Assembly (NCBI GenBank): GCA_977862235.1
Contig: OZ374562.1
Location: forward strand, 992,001-1,056,000
Length of the DNA: 64,000 bases
Direction: 5' to 3'
Origin: Dudresnaya verticillata
Lineage: Eukaryota
In this document: one piece after another, positions 58,677-64,000 of the stretch
Position numbering within the stretch: position 1 is the first letter of the stretch
How the letters are laid out: every line of letters begins with the position of its first letter
The notes under the pieces: generated by a model
What the model saw: the letters and a program-made list of their open reading frames with translations, nothing else
Database searches by the model: none
What the model was told of the DNA's origin: nothing
Program-made: the position numbers and the translations under genes

Positions 58677-60427
58677 TTGAAGCCATTCTACTACAAAGGG
58701 CGATTCGGCAGCGCCGCCAAGGAGGCCGCGGCTGGCGAACCCCCGTACTTGGAACAAGAAGCGGCGTGGGACGACGCCATCTACGTCGACCTCTTCGATC
58801 TCCTCCGCATCGACGCGGGAGAGTATCCATCGGACTTGAAGTCCATGGCGTCAGTGACGCTCCCTTCATTTATTTCCGTCGAGGAATTCGTGGACGCGCA
58901 GCGACACGACTCTTTCTGCCAGACAGTACTGTTAAAGCAGTCCTGTCGACGGGATAGCCATTTATACGAGGACGGGCAAGGTTTTCTATGTCGCCATGAT
59001 CCGGTCAAAGCTTTGCTAGACCAAGTAGTGGTGTCCGAGACGATACAGCCTCACAGCCTCGGCTGTTCATGTTCGTGCACGCACCACACCTTCCTCGCGG
59101 GCCATCCAGGACAGAACAAGATATTGTACTTCCTGTGCGAGACCTACTACTGGCCGCACATGGGCGCAGGCATCGCCATGGCAGTAATAAACTGCAGGCA
59201 CTGTGCCCGTAACCGCATTCGACTGCGAAGACACCTTCTGGCTGAAGCTGTTTCCGACCACCAGGCGCTGGAGTCCGTCGCTATCGACATATTGGGCCCC
59301 TTGTCCAAGTCTGTCGCTATCGACATACTGGGCCCCTTGCGCAAGACCAAGTTTGGTCGCAAATTCCTCGTCGTCATGACGGACCGCTTTACTAAACTGG
59401 CACAAGTCGCGCCTCTGCGCACGCTTACAGCTTAAAACGTTGCAGTAGTCTTCTGTGAACGGTGGGTCTTCCAATACGGCCCCTAGGTCCCTTCTTTCAG
59501 ACAAAGGAAAGCAGTTCACATAGAAGTTCTTCCATCCGTCTGCCGGTATTTGGGTTTAAAAACGTGTTCACATCTGCATAGCACCCCATTCGAATGGGCA
59601 GGCGGAACGCTATAACCGGACCGTCATGGCCATGCTGAGGAACTACGTCAACGATCACCAGACCGATTGGGACCTATACGGCTCTGCGTTGACGTATTCC
59701 TACAACTGTCACGTGCACCGCTCGAAACGGACGACACCATTCAGCTTAGTTCTGTCATGGCCTCCGCCGGAATTTACGAAGTTTCACTTGGTAGTCGACC
59801 GCCCAAAACCTTGTGAGGATGTTCGCACGGACTTCCTCAAGCGGTTAGACACCGCCATAGGGCGGGCTTCGGCAGTGTTGGCAAAAAGAAGAGGCCGTAC
59901 AAAAGGACTTTGAACGACGTGTCGGGAAGGTCAACTCCCGTATCAAGGCCGGTGAATACGTCTTCACTGACGCAACTGACTGGGTGACGAAACCACCGAA
60001 GTTGAAGAGCCCAGCCATCGGGTTTTATCACGTGCTGCACAACGACGAACATACGCTATTCATCGACAGACACGGCCTGGTCCAACGGATCGCAGCGGAA
60101 AGAGTAGTCTTCTGTCCCTCACCTCTATGGGAAGACACCGCGCGTCGAAGCGCGTACTTGCCCATCTCCGAATATCTCGTTTCAAAGGCCGTTGACGGCC
60201 CCCGCTTCGTGGTGGACAAGATACTTGACCATGGCACGGCCGAAGACGGCATGTTGATATTACAGGTCAAGTGGACTGGATATTATAATCGGAATTGGGA
60301 ACCTCGATACCATTTGCGGGAGGAGATGGCGAGCCAGGACTTCCACTCGCACAAGCGTCGGGAGGGCTTTGGAATAGACACCGCATCTCCTCCGCCCACC
60401 TCCCCGACGGGGCGGCCTCGTGCTTGA
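58677..60427 (+). pseudogene. pol: Integrase-chromodomain remnant of a third Gypsy element
   Basis: HHTFLAGHPG..YYWPHM..NCRHC, AIDILGPL, MTDRFTKL, QVKWTGY...WEP; colinear with element A pol; several stops and frameshifts. Confidence 0.92.
59272..59343 (+). repeat. 36-bp in-frame tandem duplication in integrase
   Basis: SVAIDILGPL occurs twice. Confidence 0.9.
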
Positions 60428-62366
60428 GGAGGGAACCCCAGGAATGCATTGACTTTTCCCTTCGACCGGAATTTGAGGCCCCTAAACATCACAGCAGGAG
60501 GATGACTTGCGGCTATCTTAGCGTACAAGCCACGTAGATTTTGGCAAGACGCCCCCACGCCAGCGGCAGAGGCCAAGGTGCAGGAGGATGCTTCCCGCAA
60601 GACAGCAGGGAGGAAAGGCCGGGCAATATGCCCACAACGACGACTGGCTAGACGACCAGTAAGGATGAGCCGCACTGAGCGAAGGGCAACAGACGTCTAC
60701 GCGAGCTTAGCCAAAGTGACGGCGACCTCGAGAATGCCCACGCAAAGGCGGTTGGCACCTTGCGGCCCACCACAACATATGCGCATAACGCCAAGAGGCA
60801 GAGGCCCAGACGGAGCGCGAGGATGGGCACTCCGAGGCGACTCGGCAGTGGCAACTGAGCCACACGCACACGAATCACAGCCGCCAAAGCCGCATCATTC
60901 AGCCACGCGGGCTTCAGCCATATCATCGACGTCGATGTCGGATGGCAGCTGCAAGAAGGCAGAGCAAGGGAAGGCCTCGACGCCCCCTTTTTAGCAGTGC
61001 GCATTGCGCCGCAGTCGCGCACAACAGAGACATAGCCTTGGCATCTGGTGGGGCAGGGCGCTAACGCACGCTGACTCTCACGCCGATGGGGGACGCCGAA
61101 GCCAAGAATGCTGGAGCTCCTCGTGTTGCACCGCAGGGCTTCCACGCGTGAGCGGCGCAACCACCTCGACGGTGGGAAGACAAAGGGCCCCGCGGCGGAC
61201 GACCGGCCCCCGCGGCAGACGACCGGCCCCCGCCAATTACAAGCCCACGGGCGCGCGCTCAATCGCAGATTTGAGACGCGTGCGCCCCAGAACGCAGAGG
61301 CTGTTTCTGTGTTCAGGACACAGTCTCTACTTTAACCCAAAAACCAAGAATTAGGATTACTCAATGGGGTTATACACCCCTGGGCCTCTGCCCAATGATC
61401 AAGGGGCATCGGCCCTGGAACAGGGTTGGCTGTTCAAACTGCAGGCCCACGTCCTCACTGGCCCTAAGCCCTGAGCCCGTGAACGGCTTGCCTCTAACCC
61501 ATGGGACTAGCGTCCCTCTTACCTCATCGACGGGTTTGGCACCAAAGCATTTCCAGCGGGTATGATTAGCCCTCGAAGAACGAAGGGGTGGGCAAGCGTC
61601 GAATAGACCACCCTACCGCAGACACCGCCACGCACTAAGCTACTTCAGGAGGGACGCGTCGATGTGGTCACCCCCATGCTGTAGTGACGGTGGCGACGGT
61701 AGCAGGGGTCAGACGACCACGAGCGCTCGACGCGCCGCGAAGCCCACTGCTAGGGGCACCTACGCTAGCGTTCCACGTCGACGCGACGCTGCCCGCGTAG
61801 ACAAGCCGCCTGTTACGGCATCAACGCTAGCGGTAAGGACCGTTACCCGCTTCGGTGCGGGTTGGGCACAATGGCCCCCGTAGTGGGGGTGGGGTGCCGA
61901 AGCCCCACCACTCGCTAAACGACCTTAACTCGCACACAGCCGCGCGGTCGAAGGCGCAGCTGTTGAAAACGGGTCGACGCGGACCGAAGTCTTTGCCCAC
62001 CCCTTTCCATTCAATGACCCAGACACGCAGAGCCGGTCTTAAAACTAACGAGGCGATCGACCGCCTCCAACTAGGGTGCCCCTACAGCACTTGCTTCTAT
62101 GGCATAACTACTGGGCGGCCTCGCCCCCAGGACCCAAGCCGGGAAAATCGGGCACAGAGACCGCACCCCTAGACATCTCAGGCACATAGACCTCGACCGC
62201 AGTCGCGGTTGTAGCTGGTGGCAGAGGAGCACTCACAGCGGGAAGAGGGGTGCCGAGCACCCGTACGCCACTGCGGCACCAGCAGTGGGGCCAGCAGGGC
62301 GGTAAGGGCCCATCGACGGGCCCCCCATTAGCCGGAGTACCGCTTGCTGCGGCAAGACGCCTGCAG

Positions 62367-64000
62367 CTACGGGCAGCGCAACTGTACCCTCTGGGATCCT
62401 CGGTAAACCAGTTGACCGGCACCTTGCCAAGGGGCAACCGGGCCAGAGGACCCCGGGGGGTACAATGGCATAGGCTGCATCGACGGGTACCCCATCGGAG
62501 TAGGCTGATACTCCTCCCGCAGCCTCCTGCGGGCTGGTGCATGAGAAATGCGCTGAACTTCCCTGCGGAGCCTGTGTACCTCGCGGGCAAAGCCGTCTCG
62601 CTCGTCGCGGTATCGAACCGCGACCGCGTTGGATGCATTAAAGTACTCCTGCAGTGCCACTGCGCTCAATTCCAGGGCCTGTAGGAGCGTGCGTGTCGAC
62701 ACGCCTTTCCCGACGCGCACCAAGGAGGCCTCTCTGCGCACGGTCGGATCGGTCCAGACATCCGCACTTACCGCCTCGTTCAGTGGCTCGACCGCAGACG
62801 GGGGTGGAACATAAGGCACTGCCGGCGACCAAGATGGGGTCGGCAGGGGGTGATACAACTCTACGGCAGCAGCCGGGGGAGCTCGGGCCTGCGACGGCCC
62901 CGCGGCGCCCGATCCCACAACTGCAGCAGAAGCGGCAGGCGCACGACATGCTGACACTCTCGGTGGTGACCGGATGTAAGATTCGGTCTCCGCCGCCATG
63001 ACGGCTGCTGAGGACCCGGGGTTAGCCCCCATACCACGACGGGGGCGATCGGCGCACTCAGCTCGGGCCATGTCGGCTATGGAGGAAAACTCGGAGCGCT
63101 CGCTCCCGTCGATCACGCACACCCCGGTTGCTCGGGATCTTGTAGGGGCACCTCTTTCCGGCATGAAGCGACATATAAACGCGTCGACGCGTGAGGCAAA
63201 GTGATGCCTCCGCGTGTGCTTCTCAGTTGCGGCTGCAACACGGCGGGACAGCCGAGCAGCTCACCGGAACCAAAGGACGTGCCATCCGCAGAAGTACGTA
63301 GCAAGTCTGGGAAATAGGGCCTCTCGCTAGAGCTCTATAGCGCTAGACCAGCGGATCTCGAGGAAATTGAGCAGGCGGTCGTCGAAGACCCAGCCTATTG
63401 CCTTGGCGAGCAGCTCAGTGCAGTAGCGGTGGCCTACCTCGAAGGCGTACACTCATCTGAGCGTCTAGCCAGAAGCTCACGAACAGCAGCTACGCGACCA
63501 GTCGTCACATACTGAAAGTACCGGTTGACGTTCATCCACGGAACAGTGAGCGCTTGCGTGGGAAGCAAACCCCGTGCGAGACGGGCCAGTTGGCTGGAAG
63601 ATCCGAGCCGCCACAGCAGGACGAGGGGCGACAGCGGGCGCCCCACTCGGATCCTTCACCTTCTTTCCCTGAGACGCTGCGAGAGCCACCGCATCTGACC
63701 AGACGTCAGCGGCGGGTGTTGGGGTGGGATCGGAATCGACTCCTTCTGACGCCACCTGGCCTAGCCCCTACCGCTCCAGCAGCAGGAGCCCGCGCAGGAG
63801 CGCGCCCGGTATAGCCTAGCGCGCCCGTCGATGGGGGAACTTCCTTCGACGCCACCGTCGAAGACCGCTCCCCCGCCCCGCCGGTGCCTCTGGCACCAGT
63901 TCAGCGGGCACCCCCACCGCGACGGACTCAGTCGCCGTAGTGGGGTGGATGACCGGTGCCTCCTTGGTGGGGTCACCGCTTGCAATAGGCTTGCGCAAGT
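62367..64000 (-). pseudogene. Antisense accessory ORF, third copy (internal deletion; runs off the window)
   Basis: AADVWSDAVALAASQGKKVKDPSGA matches copy B; VPWMNVNRYFQY..ELLARRSDE and NAVAVRYRDERDGFAREVHRL match copy A. Confidence 0.85.

Overview
Eukaryotic DNA, most likely a florideophyte red alga (inferred from intronless, tightly packed genes with C-rich leaders next to a nested-transposon block; not provable from this window). 1-16.4 kb is a gene island: a stand-alone Tudor-domain gene, a CAP/SCP gene, class II fructose-bisphosphate aldolase, UTP25, prohibitin, and a secreted TIMP-like (Cys-X-Cys/NTR) protein. 16.4-64 kb is almost all transposable elements. These are a truncated Tigger/pogo element, a near-complete 13-kb chromodomain Ty3/Gypsy element (17372-30422) inserted into the LTR of a related antisense element, a solo LTR holding a tyrosine-recombinase (DIRS-type) retrotransposon, two LTRs without matching target duplications, a decayed minus-strand Gypsy, a Fot1-like DD35D transposon with TIRs, and a third Gypsy remnant. 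Main findings: (1) three diverged Gypsy copies carry a conserved ~930-aa antisense ORF of unrecognised family with its own TATA/CCAAT promoter, in a module bracketed by duplicated PPT-like sequences; (2) the YR retrotransposon has plain direct terminal repeats, not inverted or split ones; (3) a TIMP-like gene in an apparent alga. All alignments were done by eye; no database search was run.
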